A stretch of DNA of 64,000 nucleotides. Origin: Piromyces finnis finn (Eukaryota; Fungi; Neocallimastigomycota). The position numbers were made by a program, and so were the translations under genes. The stretch spans positions 620,001 through 684,000 of the forward strand of contig MCFH01000008.1 of assembly GCA_002104945.1 (NCBI GenBank). The letters run 5' to 3'. The notes beneath the pieces are model-generated. The model made no database searches, was not told the DNA's origin, and worked only from the letters and a program-made list of their open reading frames with translations. Every line of letters starts with the position of its first letter. Positions within the stretch are counted from its first letter, which is position 1. This document shows, in pieces, positions 26,134 to 39,300 of this stretch.

Positions 26134-29100
26134 TTAGTTATTAAGTGACAAAAAGAATGATGTAGGTTTTAGTGAAGTAGAAGAAGAATAAAAGTCATTT
26201 AAAGATGTTGAATTTAAATATTTTCTTGACCTTTTTTTAATAGCAATAGCTTCTATTGACTCATTTATCATTTTTGCAATTATACTATCCATTACACGTG
26301 ACACTACTTGATCACAAACATTTTCAATTAATGGAGCAAAAAGTGCTTCATTATCTTTATTCATAGTCACAGTTGATAAGTCTGCTTGAATTTTATTTCC
26401 TTTAGTATAAAATCTATTACTGGTATCATAAATTTTTACAATTTTCTGATTTGGATTCTTCATATGATTCTCAATTTTACTACTCATTAATGCATTTTTC
26501 ATAGGTGATGATGTTAGCACTACAGAAACTTTTGGAATAGTTAAATCTTTATTAATAATATTTTTGGACTTATTATATATGTTTTTTCCTTTGTTTTTTG
26601 ATATAGGTGTTGTGCTTAGGTTTAAAGATGATTTTGCTAAAACATTACATGATCTGCTTTTTGAATATGAAAGAGTATTACCTACTTTTTGAAATTTAGA
26701 AGGATTTACTTTAGATTCTAATTTAACTGCTTCTAGTTTTCTTTTTGTCATTTTATTGGAATTATTTTTAGATGATTTTACATATTGATTTGGTAAAACC
26801 CACACTGCCTTATCATTACCAAGTACTAACCTATTTCCTTTAACTGATTTAACTTTAAAAGAATCATAATCAATTGGAAGCCCACGCTGTATACGAGCTT
26901 TAGCCATTTGATCATCTAATTCCTTTAAGTCTGCATTTGAACCGAAAACTACAGAATTACCATCATTTAATCGATAGACACATGGATTTGTAATATTTAA
27001 TTTCTTATTACCTAAAGTTTGATTACATTGTCTGTGACGCCATTTTAGCTGTTTGCCTATTCGAATAATTTCTCTCTTACTTTTTTTCGGTTCTGAATCT
27101 TTAAATTCCCATGAACAATTAATCTCTCCATAAGTAGCAAGTTCATCCCATGTTCGTTTTAATAAAAATTCTGGTTGATGGGGGAAAATATCTCGAATAA
27201 TAACTCTAAATGATTTTTCATATACTTGAGTGCCGGATTTAATAACTTCACGCTCCAAATAGATTAAAGGTTTAAATTGTTCTAAATACCAATCCTTCAC
27301 AGGACTTTCTGGTGTTCTTCTTGAAATTAGATTTTTATATCTTGTTTTTAATTGTTTCCTGGTTTTCGTAGGTAAATAATAAGCACGAATACTAAACCAA
27401 TCGTCATCTCCAAATCTTTTCAATCCTGCCAATAATAATTCATCCTCAATTGGTAAAAATCTCATTCTTCCTCTTCTTACCCTCAGCACATCAGGGAAAA
27501 GACAAGGGTTAAAAACATCGCTGTACATTTCAATCATTTGTTCAATTGATTCAGGTAATTGAACGGGAACGATACTTTTAAATTTAACACGCTTATCAAT
27601 ATCATCTGCAGTACGATACTTTACAACTTCAGATTTACTATATTGTCTACTGAAATTCCTACTAAATTGTCGTGATTTTGTAGAGCTAATATTATAAGGA
27701 ATGTCAAAAAGTTGCTGTAAACGATCAAAACCAGGAATATCAAAAAACGATTTATTCAAACATGTTTTTCGCTTTATCGTATTATTATTATCATTCATTA
27801 TATCCATTTCATTTTTATTATTATTTTCTACTTCTTCATCAAACTTATTATTATACTTTTCCTTTTGAATATCGGACCAACGTTTACATTGATCCATCTC
27901 TATTAATTGATTCTTCCAATGGCCAGCTTGAACGGAATCTGGACCTCTCAATTCCTTTTCGATTGCATAAGCCTGTGCCGTTATTTGGAAATTTTGAAGC
28001 ATTTGTTCTTTTAATAAGTTGATTTGTTCATGACTAAAAAGATGATTTTCATCAACAACCCAATTTGGAATGGTAATATCATTTTTTAATTCGGTTGTAT
28101 TTTGATTGATTTCATTAGGATCTTGAATAAAATCTTGAAAAAGATCATCAATTTCTTCTACTGACACAGATTTCGTATAATCAATATCATTTGTTGGGTT
28201 TCTTTGTTCATTATATTCACCATCATCATCATCAGAAATATTTTTCGTACCATGAGCAATATCCATACAAAACCTTCTATATTCAATTGATTCTTTATCA
28301 ATATTTAATTTATTAACATTAGAAGCAAGAGATGCAGATAACATACCATCCAATGAATCCATATTAAACTGTTTTAAAGATAAGTTTTTTCTTGTACGCC
28401 TAAAAACAGGAGCATCTTCTACACCTTTAAGTACTTGATCAATGGTTAAATTTTGATCTTTCAAACCTAGGGTTGCATCTGTCAAAAGGTATGTTAACTC
28501 ATCAGATAAAGGCATAGATTCTGAACTTTTCTCAATTTCATCCATATTATCATTATCATTATCGTTATCACTTTCACTGGGACAATAATCTAAATCAAGT
28601 TTTTTATCTTCAAGTATCAAATCAGATATATGTTTTTGCTGTTGATCAATTAACTTTAAATTATCAAAATTATAATATGGAACAGTATTTTGAGGTGTAG
28701 ATTTATTTGATAACGATATCATAGATGATGGATCTAATATTAATGACGACGATAGAGTACTATTTGGTACTGTTGGTACTGATTGATTCAAAAGATTTAG
28801 ATCCAATACTTGGTTTATTTGTTGATTATTTAATGAGCTAGAGTGATTATATGAACTGGTTATTGTTGAAGAAGTAGATAAATTGTTAGAAAGTGGAATG
28901 GAATTATATAAAGTATTATTAGATGATAAACCAGATGTGTCAAGTGGGGTATCATTTATATAAGAATAATTTAATAATTTAGTATCAGATGATGACAAAA
29001 TATGATTACTATTTTCTTCTATGTTTTTACATGTTGAAATTTCATTTATATTAGGCTTTAAAGGTTTAGTATTTAACGAATTAATAAATTCATAGAAATC

Positions 29101-30345
29101 TTTATCTTCTTCTAAGTTCAAGTAATTTGGATCTGAAACATCCATAGTTGAATCACTATTTAGTGATGGTGTATTTAAAGTTTTTAATATGTTTATAATA
29201 TTACAATTGTCATTTTTATTATTGTTGTGAGAATTTGAAATTGTATTAGGATCTTGACTATTTATTATCGCAGAATTAAGTGAGGATATAGAGCCTGTGA
29301 TCAAGGAACTATCTTCAATACCTATTAGTGGCGGATGAATATTTTGTTTATCCGTTATATTATTCTTATATAGATCAGGATCAGAAACAAGATTCATAAC
29401 AACTTCATTATCAGTATTATCAGAAAATATTTCTGAGCTTAAAAGATCACTTAACTCACTTTTTTGTTCCATTCTTTTATTAATATCATTAGAGTGCATT
29501 ACAGTTCTTATAGGTGAACTAGATAGAATGTGCTCAACTAATTGATAATTAGGTATAGCATTACCTGGTATTGAATTATTATGAAGTCCTGGTGATAAAT
29601 TTGAATTTCTAATAGATAGAAGAGAATTGGTATCATTAGTAAGACTAATATTATTATTTCTATTATTCCTATTAGTATTAGCATTTGCTAAAGACAATGA
29701 AGAAGTGTTATTAATAAAATTTTTGGTATCATATACACTTGGGATTGTAGATAAAGATGTGTTTAAATTTATTAAATTGGTATTATTTGTTGCTTGCGAA
29801 ACTACTAAATTTAAATCATATGGATTAAATGAAATAAAGTTATTAGCAGTTGGTGTAGTACTTGGTATATTTGTATGAAGTGAATTTTGATTCACATTAA
29901 CATATGAATTAACACTTGTATTTGTTGCATTATTTTGAGGAAAATGATTAAATGAAGGATTTATATTAACAATATCATTGATATTCTTTGTAAGTGGCAG
30001 TAAAGAATTATTAATTGACGATAGTTCTGGTTCAGATGTAGTCAATAAATTTAAATTATTTTTAGAATTTAAATTCTTATTTAAAGAATCATATAAATTA
30101 TTATAATAATTTAAAAAAGAGTCTTTATCGTTCATTTCTGAAATTAAAGTTTTATTATCATTTTTTGACAATGAATTTAGATTTACGATAAAATTTTCTT
30201 TATTATCTAAATTAGATATATAAGATTCTATATTACTACTATCAAATCCTGTTATTTTATTGTTATTGTTTATTTCATCTAAATCTGTTTGCTTATTGTT
30301 TATATTATTAATTAAATTTTGATAATTCATTTTATTATTATACAA
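26134..30345 (-). CDS. GON4L/YY1AP1-like protein with tandem Myb/SANT-like repeats, single exon, 1403 aa
   Basis: RMRFLPIEDELLLAGLKRFGDDDWFSIRAYYLPTKTRKQLKTRYKNLISRRTPESPVKDW is followed by a second Myb-like repeat (PLIYLEREVIKSGTQVY...FLLKRTW). Upstream blocks resemble GON4L family motifs as I recall them (RRTRKNLSLK, DDDDGEY, EIDDLFQD, FSHEQINLLKEQMLQNFQITAQ). Confidence 0.7.
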   Translation of the reverse strand: MYNNKMNYQNLINNINNKQTDLDEINNNNKITGFDSSNIESYISNLDNKENFIVNLNSLSKNDNKTLISEMNDKDSFLNYYNNLYDSLNKNLNSKNNLNLLTTSEPELSSINNSLLPLTKNINDIVNINPSFNHFPQNNATNTSVNSYVNVNQNSLHTNIPSTTPTANNFISFNPYDLNLVVSQATNNTNLINLNTSLSTIPSVYDTKNFINNTSSLSLANANTNRNNRNNNISLTNDTNSLLSIRNSNLSPGLHNNSIPGNAIPNYQLVEHILSSSPIRTVMHSNDINKRMEQKSELSDLLSSEIFSDNTDNEVVMNLVSDPDLYKNNITDKQNIHPPLIGIEDSSLITGSISSLNSAIINSQDPNTISNSHNNNKNDNCNIINILKTLNTPSLNSDSTMDVSDPNYLNLEEDKDFYEFINSLNTKPLKPNINEISTCKNIEENSNHILSSSDTKLLNYSYINDTPLDTSGLSSNNTLYNSIPLSNNLSTSSTITSSYNHSSSLNNQQINQVLDLNLLNQSVPTVPNSTLSSSLILDPSSMISLSNKSTPQNTVPYYNFDNLKLIDQQQKHISDLILEDKKLDLDYCPSESDNDNDNDNMDEIEKSSESMPLSDELTYLLTDATLGLKDQNLTIDQVLKGVEDAPVFRRTRKNLSLKQFNMDSLDGMLSASLASNVNKLNIDKESIEYRRFCMDIAHGTKNISDDDDGEYNEQRNPTNDIDYTKSVSVEEIDDLFQDFIQDPNEINQNTTELKNDITIPNWVVDENHLFSHEQINLLKEQMLQNFQITAQAYAIEKELRGPDSVQAGHWKNQLIEMDQCKRWSDIQKEKYNNKFDEEVENNNKNEMDIMNDNNNTIKRKTCLNKSFFDIPGFDRLQQLFDIPYNISSTKSRQFSRNFSRQYSKSEVVKYRTADDIDKRVKFKSIVPVQLPESIEQMIEMYSDVFNPCLFPDVLRVRRGRMRFLPIEDELLLAGLKRFGDDDWFSIRAYYLPTKTRKQLKTRYKNLISRRTPESPVKDWYLEQFKPLIYLEREVIKSGTQVYEKSFRVIIRDIFPHQPEFLLKRTWDELATYGEINCSWEFKDSEPKKSKREIIRIGKQLKWRHRQCNQTLGNKKLNITNPCVYRLNDGNSVVFGSNADLKELDDQMAKARIQRGLPIDYDSFKVKSVKGNRLVLGNDKAVWVLPNQYVKSSKNNSNKMTKRKLEAVKLESKVNPSKFQKVGNTLSYSKSRSCNVLAKSSLNLSTTPISKNKGKNIYNKSKNIINKDLTIPKVSVVLTSSPMKNALMSSKIENHMKNPNQKIVKIYDTSNRFYTKGNKIQADLSTVTMNKDNEALFAPLIENVCDQVVSRVMDSIIAKMINESIEAIAIKKRSRKYLNSTSLNDFYSSSTSLKPTSFFLSLNN

Positions 30346-33267
30346 TTTATATTATTCTATTTCAATTCATAATAATATTTAAATGATTAATATGAAATAA
30401 AAAAAAATAAAAAAAAAGAAAAATAATTAAAATAAAAACAATCAAAATATATAATGTACAAAAATGTTAATTAAATAATAAGTTCTTAATTGGTAATGAG
30501 GAATATATATTTATTTTAATATTTCAAAATATAAATTAATTAAAACATTTCAAAATTATTACTATTAAAATCTGTTAAATGTGTATATTTTAAATAAAAA
30601 AAAAAAGCCACTACTTTATATTTTAAGAAATTTTGTTTTTTGTTTTACAACAATTACAAAAATGTTTAGTAATTGACATTTCTTTATTTTAATTTTAACA
30701 TTTTAATAGTAATATGATAATTTATTAAAACAATAAAATATCTTAAATTATAATTGATTAAACTAATTAAAAATAAATATTAATATTAATAGAAAGTTAA
30801 TGTATTCAACTTTTGAAATATATATTATATAATTTTTATAATTTTTGTTGTTGTAAATATATCTATAATTTTATACCAAAAAAAAAAAAAAAAAAAAAAG
30901 AAGATAATAAAAATAAAAATAATAAATTAAAATTGTTGGTTTTAATTTTTTTTTTTTTTTTTTTTTTTTTTTCAAAAGGTTTTTCAATAATTAATTTATT
31001 TTATTAATATATAATATATTATATTATTCATTCACATAAATTACACATAATTTAATACTTGCATTTCAAAATTTAATATATAGTTAAAAATATTCATTGT
31101 CACATCATGTAAAATATAAAAAATATATATAATAAAATTTATTGTCCATATAATCCAATAAAAGTAAAGTAGAAAAATAATAATAAAAATAGCAAGTAAT
31201 AAATAACGCTAATATTTTATTTTATATATTATTTTAATACTAATATTATTAATAGTATTTTGTATTTAATAATAATAGTAGCATTGTATTTTTATATTAA
31301 TATTTATGATATAAAGACATTTTCATTTTATTGAATATAAAAATAAGTGTTGAAATAATACATAAAGAAATAGTATAATTTTATTAAACTATTATTCTTT
31401 CAATATTCATTTATTATATCCTAAAAGTCATATTTCATAATCTATAAAATAATAATTTTTAGAATAATATAAATAGTAGAAAATATTTGCTTTAATTACC
31501 ATGTTCTTTGTTTAAATCAAGTTTATTAAACCTCTTTTAATTGACAAAAATATTAATTATATACTGAATATTTTACAAATATATATATTAAATTGCCCTT
31601 AAAAAAAAAAAAGAATGAAAAAAAAATAGTAATAGCAATAATATATATTATTTAATCTTATAATAATAATATAGGTTTCTTGTTATTATATACTAAATAT
31701 ACTTAACTACTATAAAAATCTAAAATTTTATGTGTTGACTTTAATCAAAATAATAAATGATGTTATTACTCACTTCATATAAAAAAATATATATTAAAAA
31801 AAAAAAAAAGAGAGATGGAATTTAAAAATACTTTATTACTATATATTAAAATGCATTTTGATGTTTTATATTATAAATATAAATATTTTAATTGTAAATT
31901 TTATAAATATATTTAAGATAATTTATTAATTAAAAGAAAGAAAGGATAATCATTTATAAATCTATTGAAATACTTTTATTTTAATAAAAAGATATTAGTA
32001 TAAGCTTATCTCCAAATAAGCATAATAAAACAACAATAATAAAATGTTTTTTTTTTATTTATTTTATTAATTGTATCATAGAAATTTCTATTATATTATG
32101 TCCTACATTTTTTTTTTATTATTAATATAGGATTTTATATATCAAATATAATACATTATTACCTACATAAAATTGTTTATTTTCCAATAATATTTTTTTA
32201 TTATTTAATATTAAACTTTATTAAATAATGAAAAATATTAATAATAATTAACACCAACAAAATAAATACCACTAGTGAACCACAGAATAATATGATAATA
32301 AGTAATAAAAAAAAAGTTAAGTTTGCTTATTTTAAAGTCATAGTTATATTTTAATAATAATATTTATATTTTTTCTATTTCAAAAATTTTAATTAATACA
32401 AAATAAATATATATTGAATATTATTTTTATTTTATTCTTATATGATTGATGATTAATTCCTACTATTATTTTTATTTTTTCCTATTTTATTGAATGGAAA
32501 TAAATTTTTATTATAAATCGTAATTATTAATATTATAACATTTATAATAATTGTTTTTATTATCATTACATATATTTTTTTTATCAAATAAAAAAAAATA
32601 AAAACAAAAAAAATAATATATAATAATTACTTTAAAAAATATAAAATAAAAAAAAACACTAGAAAATTGAAAATTGATTTGAAACTTTATAAAATAAAAA
32701 GAAAATACAATATAGTAAAATATACTATTATATTCTTTTTATTTATTCTTTATTTTTATTTATGAAAATTAATGTTTTAAAAATAAAAACAATTTTTTTG
32801 TAATTTATAATTTTAAATATTATCATCAATCACAAAACAAAGATTTATTGAAAACAATATAATAAAAATAATACTTATAAATAAAACATTTTATCATTCA
32901 TTCAAAGAAATAAAAAGAATAGTTTTAAATAATAAATATAATATTTTTAAAATAACATAATAGTAAATCAAAGATTACTATAATAATAAATATATAATCA
33001 ATATATTTTCATAATAAAAAATAAAGTAAGAATAAATGAAATAAATAATAAATTATAATAGTATTGAAATATTAAATTCTTCCTTTTATATATAAATTAT
33101 ATACTAATAATATTTCCAAAAAAAAAAAATAAAATTTATCCCGAAAATTATTGTTATATAATAATAAAACCTATATTTAGTAACAATTATATCTATACAT
33201 CAGTTGTTATATTTTACTCCTTTATTATTTTACATATATATCCATATTTAAATAATTAGTAAAGAAA

Positions 33268-34465
33268 ATGGTAAAAAAAAAATTATTATTAAAAGTTAAA
33301 AATGATATTTTTATTATGTTTATATAATTCATTTTTTTTTATAAAAAAATAAAAATATTAATTAAATCTGTAAACTATATTATATGTCATAAATATTACA
33401 TTTTATTCTATATATATTGTTTCTTTTAAATGCTAGTCTGACGCTACTACTGAACCACAAACAGGTTTTAGTGCCTTCATTGCAGGTTTTGCTATGATTA
33501 TGGTATCTGAAATGGGGGACAGAACTTTTTTAAGTAATTGTGTTATGGCCATGAAACATGATAGAAAGTTAGTTTTCTTTTCTGCTATGTCTGCTTTAGC
33601 ACTTATGGCTATTCTTTCAGCTATTTTAGGTTATAGTTTACCTGCTCTTTTATCAAAGAAATATACCCAATATTTAGCTATTGTCTTATTTATTTTCTTT
33701 GGTTACAGAATGATAATGGAAGCTAAAGAAATGTCACATAATCAAGCTGAAGAAGAATTAGAAGAAGTCAATAAACAACTTATTGGAGGTAATGATGAAT
33801 TACATAAATTAGATGAATTAGAAAGTGGTGGTTATGTTGTTGAACCAGTTAAACAAACTTCTGGTTGGATCAACTTAGTTAACTATATCTTCTCACCAAC
33901 CTTTGTTCAAATATTTACTATTACTTTCCTTGCCGAGGTAAATTAGATAAATTATAAGTTGATAATATATATATTAAAATAAATACTTTTTTTATATAAT
34001 ATTCATTACAAAAAATGAAAGTTATCAATATTTATTATTATATAAAAATTATTTATTAACTATTTTTATAATATTGACATATTATTTAAAATTAATTATG
34101 ATTATAAAGTGGGGAGATCGTTCACAAATTGGTACTATTATCTTAGCAGCATCTTCCGATGTAAGTTTAATAATAAAAAAAAAACTAATTTTATAAAAAA
34201 CATTTTAGGTATTTAATGTTTTTCTTTTCTCTTTTCTATTTATTAAAACAACACTTTACATATTGAATGAATATAGTATCCAATCAATGTTATTTTAGGT
34301 ACAATCATTGGACATGGTATTTGTACTGCATTAGCTGTTGTTTGCGGTAAATTATTAGCTCAAAAGATTTCTGTGAAGACTGTTACATTCTTTGGTGGTT
34401 GTCTCTTCTTATTATTTGGTTTATATACTTTAGTAGAAGCTGTCTTTTTCCCAGAAGAAGAATAA
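33268..34465 (+). CDS. GDT1: GDT1/TMEM165 (UPF0016) Ca2+/Mn2+ transporter, 4 exons
   Basis: Two family motifs, SEMGDRT and AE/WGDRSQ (the latter split by an intron), plus hydrophobic helices. Exon 1 codes only ATG (33268-33270), which is in frame with exon 2 starting at 33437. Confidence 0.92.
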
Positions 34466-35559
34466 AAAAATTGACATTTAAAATAACGCTATGAAATAAA
34501 ATTAATATATATATATATAGAATTAGACAAAATTTATAATGTTAATACAAAAAAAAGTAATAATAATAATAAAAGAAAATAGATAATTCTTATAATTAAT
34601 TATATAAAGTATATAGTAACTACTTTGTAAAATAAATAAATTTATTTTAATTTTTATTTTATTTTTTAAATATTATCACACCAGATTAATATATGTTCAG
34701 TTCATCTTTATATTCTATCTATTTCATTTATTTTATTAATAAAATCATATTAAATAATTAAATATATAAAAATAATGCATATATGCAATATAATAAGAGA
34801 AAAAAAAAAATAAGAAAAAAATTCAATAAATAAAATTAATGGGTTTTTTATTTAAAAAGAATAATAATAAATAGTATTTAGTGTATACTTTTTCAAAAAG
34901 GATGATTAAAAAATTTTAAATACATTAATTATAATAATTAGAAAAAAAAAAAAAATATTTAAAAAAATATTAAAATAAAATTTATTTTTAATTTTATATA
35001 TAATAATAATGCTTTTTATAAAATATAGAAATGTACAAGTACACATTTCTCAATTTATCTCAGCCTTTAAACACAATAAATATTATTATCTAAAACCATT
35101 GTTACCAACTTAAAATGAATATTGGTGAATAAAAAATAAATTATTTCAATATAAAAAAAGATAATAATGATAAGTTTTTGTATTAATATGATAATCTTAT
35201 CAATAGGATAAAATTTAAAAAATAAAAATATCATTTATATAATAATAAATTTCCTATATAAAGTAAAGGTTTTTCTTTTATATTTTTTCTAAAAATTATT
35301 TATTTATTTTAATGTTTTTATATTATATATATTTATTTTATATATTAATAAAGTTTGAGGTTTTACTTATAATAAAAAATAAATAATAACATCTATGTAT
35401 ATAGAGTTTTTTGCAATCGAGAGTTATAACATATGTTTATAAATTTTCATAAATAAATAAAAAATAAAATTCTATTCATTATCACTAAAAGTTTACAAAT
35501 AATGCTGTATTGTATTTTAAAACCATAAAAGCATTTTATGATCTTAAGGGTTATAATTG

Positions 35560-35590
<31 letters not shown>

Positions 35591-36341
35591 AATTAAAAAT
35601 ATATATATATATATTAATATAATAACATAAATATATTGGAAATATAAAAAAAAAATATATAATTATAAAAATAATAAAATCACAGTTTTATTATTTTTTG
35701 TTTTTTAAAACTGTATTTTTTATAGATATAATAATAAATACTAATTAATAATAATAATATTTATTATAGAAAATTTCTGAAGAATCAACAATAAAAGAAT
35801 AACTTAATGAAAATAAATAAAATTATTAAAACGGTGTTAGATTTAATGGGAAAGAAATTATATGATTCTCTCATTGTTGTTAATTACTAATTGTTGTTCT
35901 TTAAAAATAAATAATTCCCCAAAGTGAATAAACTTTTCAGTTATTAAATATTAAGTGTTAAAAAAATAGCATTTTTAATAAATATATCAATAGTAACGAA
36001 TAGCAATGATTGAATGATTGTAATAACTTTAAAATTAAATGGATATATGATGAATTGATGAATATTTTATAATTGATTATATTTATTTGTTTTTAAGTTT
36101 ATCAATTTTATAGAATTAACATAAATTTGAGACTGTTTTTTTATCACTTGACGACGTTGTATTCAAAACTTTGGTGATTGTATTTACAATGGTATTGCTG
36201 AAAAAAATAAATATTAATTGGATATATCTATTAATAAAACTATATTCTGCATATTTTTTTATAAAAAAAAATAAATTGTTAATTATAAACTTATACTTGA
36301 ATTCTATTTTTTTTTTTTTTTTTTTTTAATATTTTCTTTTA

Positions 36342-39300
36342 TTAATAGTCATCAATAAAAGAATAATTAATAGAATTAAAAAGATCATGTTCGGAGAAAA
36401 AGTCCATATGTTCTCTTACTAATGGATTAGATAAGAGATTATTGTTAGCTGCAGAAGTAGTAGCATTCTCAGTGCTTTCCTGGGTTGTTAAAGTTTCCGC
36501 AGCTGTAGTAGTAGTAGGTTGATTGCCAGATAATGAAATTAAGTAATTATAATCGGTTGTGGAACTACCAATATTATGATTAGAATCATCCGATATACTG
36601 GAATTTGACGTGGAGTCTAAAGTGGTAATACCTGGTAAATGAAATGGTGGATTTACTAAGGATGGCATTTTTGTCTTAGCAATATTACTAAGGGTAAGTT
36701 CTTGTCCAGCAGTAGTAGTGCCGAAGGAAAGATTTAAATAATTATTCATAATAGTCTTGGAAGTAGCTGGATCCTCTGAATCAATTTTCATACCATCATC
36801 TGCATCGCCTAATAAACTTTTTTTATTCGTTATTGGAGAATTATTAAGGTTCATACTGCTAGCACCACTACTAGGTTGGTTTGATACTGGTGTTATATAA
36901 TCAGACATGATAATGCTATCATTAAAACTACCATCGTAGCCAAATCCAGCATTAACAGTAGAAGGTGTTATAGTTGACATGGCAGGATCTGCTAAACTAT
37001 TCATGGTAGTTAATAAGGAAGACGCGTTTAAAGAAGATGTTGTAATATCCTGATCCATTCGATCAGTAAAATTATTAACTGATGCATCTGAAGAATTAGG
37101 ATTTTGAGAATTTACAAGTTGTAAAAGCTGTTTTAATACTTGTTCCTGATTTTGACCTTTATTTTGATTTAATAATTCTTGAAGTTTAGTTACATCTATA
37201 AGATTATTGGAAATATTAGTGGTACTGGTTGTAGGTGTTGTATTCATGTTATTTGTAGATGATGTATTGAAAAGGGAAGTTGTTGTTGCAGTAGTTGATG
37301 ATACATTGGAATTAGTAGAATTAGTCGGTTTAGCCTTTTTTAAAAGTTGCTCTAATTGCATTTTTTTAAGATCAACTAAACTTTGAATTTGAGAATAAAA
37401 AGAATCTGAATTCATTATATCATTAATCGTATAATCACTGCGTTCAACCTTTTGAATAGTATTTTCAAGGGTTAATAATTGTTGCATCTTTTGTAAAAGT
37501 TGATCAGAACTTTGTAAAGCTTCTATTGACATGCTATCAGAAAGCTTTGAATTTGTATTTGGAGTTGCAGTAGTAGAAGTAGTATTAACAGTACTAGTAC
37601 TAGTTCCACTGGTCATTTTTAAAAGTCTCTTAAGATTATTGATATCATTAAAATTCATCATTGCTGAATTAGTAGAATCTCGACTAGCGGATGCTGGAAT
37701 GATAATACTATCCTTTGATGTACTTTGATTAAGATTAATTTTATTTAAATTACTAGTACTAGAAAGGGTATTTGATGTATCTTTAGTAGATCCATTTAAG
37801 ATATTTCCTGGGGAATTTTTTGTTGCTGTTGCTAGAAAAGATGGATTATTTAATCCTAGTGAAGTAGCGATTGAAGACAACGAATTTTTAGAACTAAGAG
37901 ATAAAGACGTTGTTGTTGGCAAGGTTTGATTTGGTAATAAAGAACTATTAATAGAATTTATTGTTGATAAAGTTGATGTTGTTGTTATAGCGGATTGAGA
38001 ATGTCCTGAAGAAGGTGTAGAAGTTATTGGATTTGGAGCAATAGCATGCATTTTAGTATTTAAATTATTTTGGGAATTAGTACTAGAAGCAAAAACTGCC
38101 TTTGTGGAACCTAAAATAATATTATTAATTTATATATCAATATTTATCAATATTTCACAATTACAAATATCACTGTATTTAACAAAAATATTATCTTATT
38201 AATAAATTAAATTAAATCTTACTTCTAGAACCTTTCACAGAAGAATCTAAAGAATTTTTTGAATACTTCGTTTCCAAAAGTACATCACGTTTTCCACTAC
38301 GATTACGTTTACGAATAATATCTGTTTTCATACTAATTGGTCTTACTACACCATGTAATTTATAAAATAGACCACAAGCATTACATAAAGATTCACCATT
38401 GGCATTTCTACGCCATAATGGTGTTTTTGTAGTACCACAATTGGAACATACAATATTACCTGCCTCCCCATTAGCCTTTTTGGAATTAAGACGACGTTTA
38501 ATTGGTTTACCATTAGCACTCTTTGTTTTATCACCCTTGGTAGTAGACTTAGAATTTGTAGCACTTGAGGATGTAGAATTGGATTTTTGTGAAGAAATAG
38601 ATTTTATGGAAGTTCCATCTATATTTTGTGTATTAATAGCTTTATTATCAATCAACATAGAGTTTGTATTTGCGGAAGTTGTTGGAAATGAAATAGATGC
38701 TGATTTTATCGGTAGATTTGGAGTAGTATTTATTTTTTTAGTTGGGGCAACAAATGAATCATTCATAGTTGATGACGGTGATGAGCTAAAAATACCAGTA
38801 GAAGTTGGTATGCTGTTAAGAGGATTAGATTGTTTAGATCCAGATTGAAAGGTATGGTTTAATATACTAGCCTTGTTTGATGGTGGATACTTATTATTAG
38901 ATTTAAAGAATTGATTTTTTGATAGAGAAGATAAATTATTTTCAGTTTTAATAATATTTGCATTTTTAGATAATGGATTAGTTTTTGAAAGTGGAGCAGA
39001 AAATTGAGTTCTAAAGTATTCTAAATTCGTTAATGGTAATGACATATTATCATTAACAGCTAAATTATCAAAAGCCATAAATTGCTTCATCCATTCATCA
39101 CCATCAAGATTAGAAGTATACGAAGCTGATTGTTGAGAATTATAACTTAGGTTATCATTAATAACAGTATTGAAAGAAGAATAACTGTCTGCATCTGTTG
39201 TATTGTTACGCATTTCCATAAATAACGAATTGCTTTTCATTGACCCTAGTACATTTTTTGAATTAGTTTCATCTTCTTTTTTAATATTAAGTTCAATCTT

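Noticed and set aside
36040-36205. Box C/D snoRNA candidates (TGATGA...CTGA here, at ~41111-41146, and in RPL26 intron 1)
   Set aside because: There is no terminal stem or recognisable rRNA-complementary guide, the RPL26 intron lacks a D box, and these motifs are frequent by chance.
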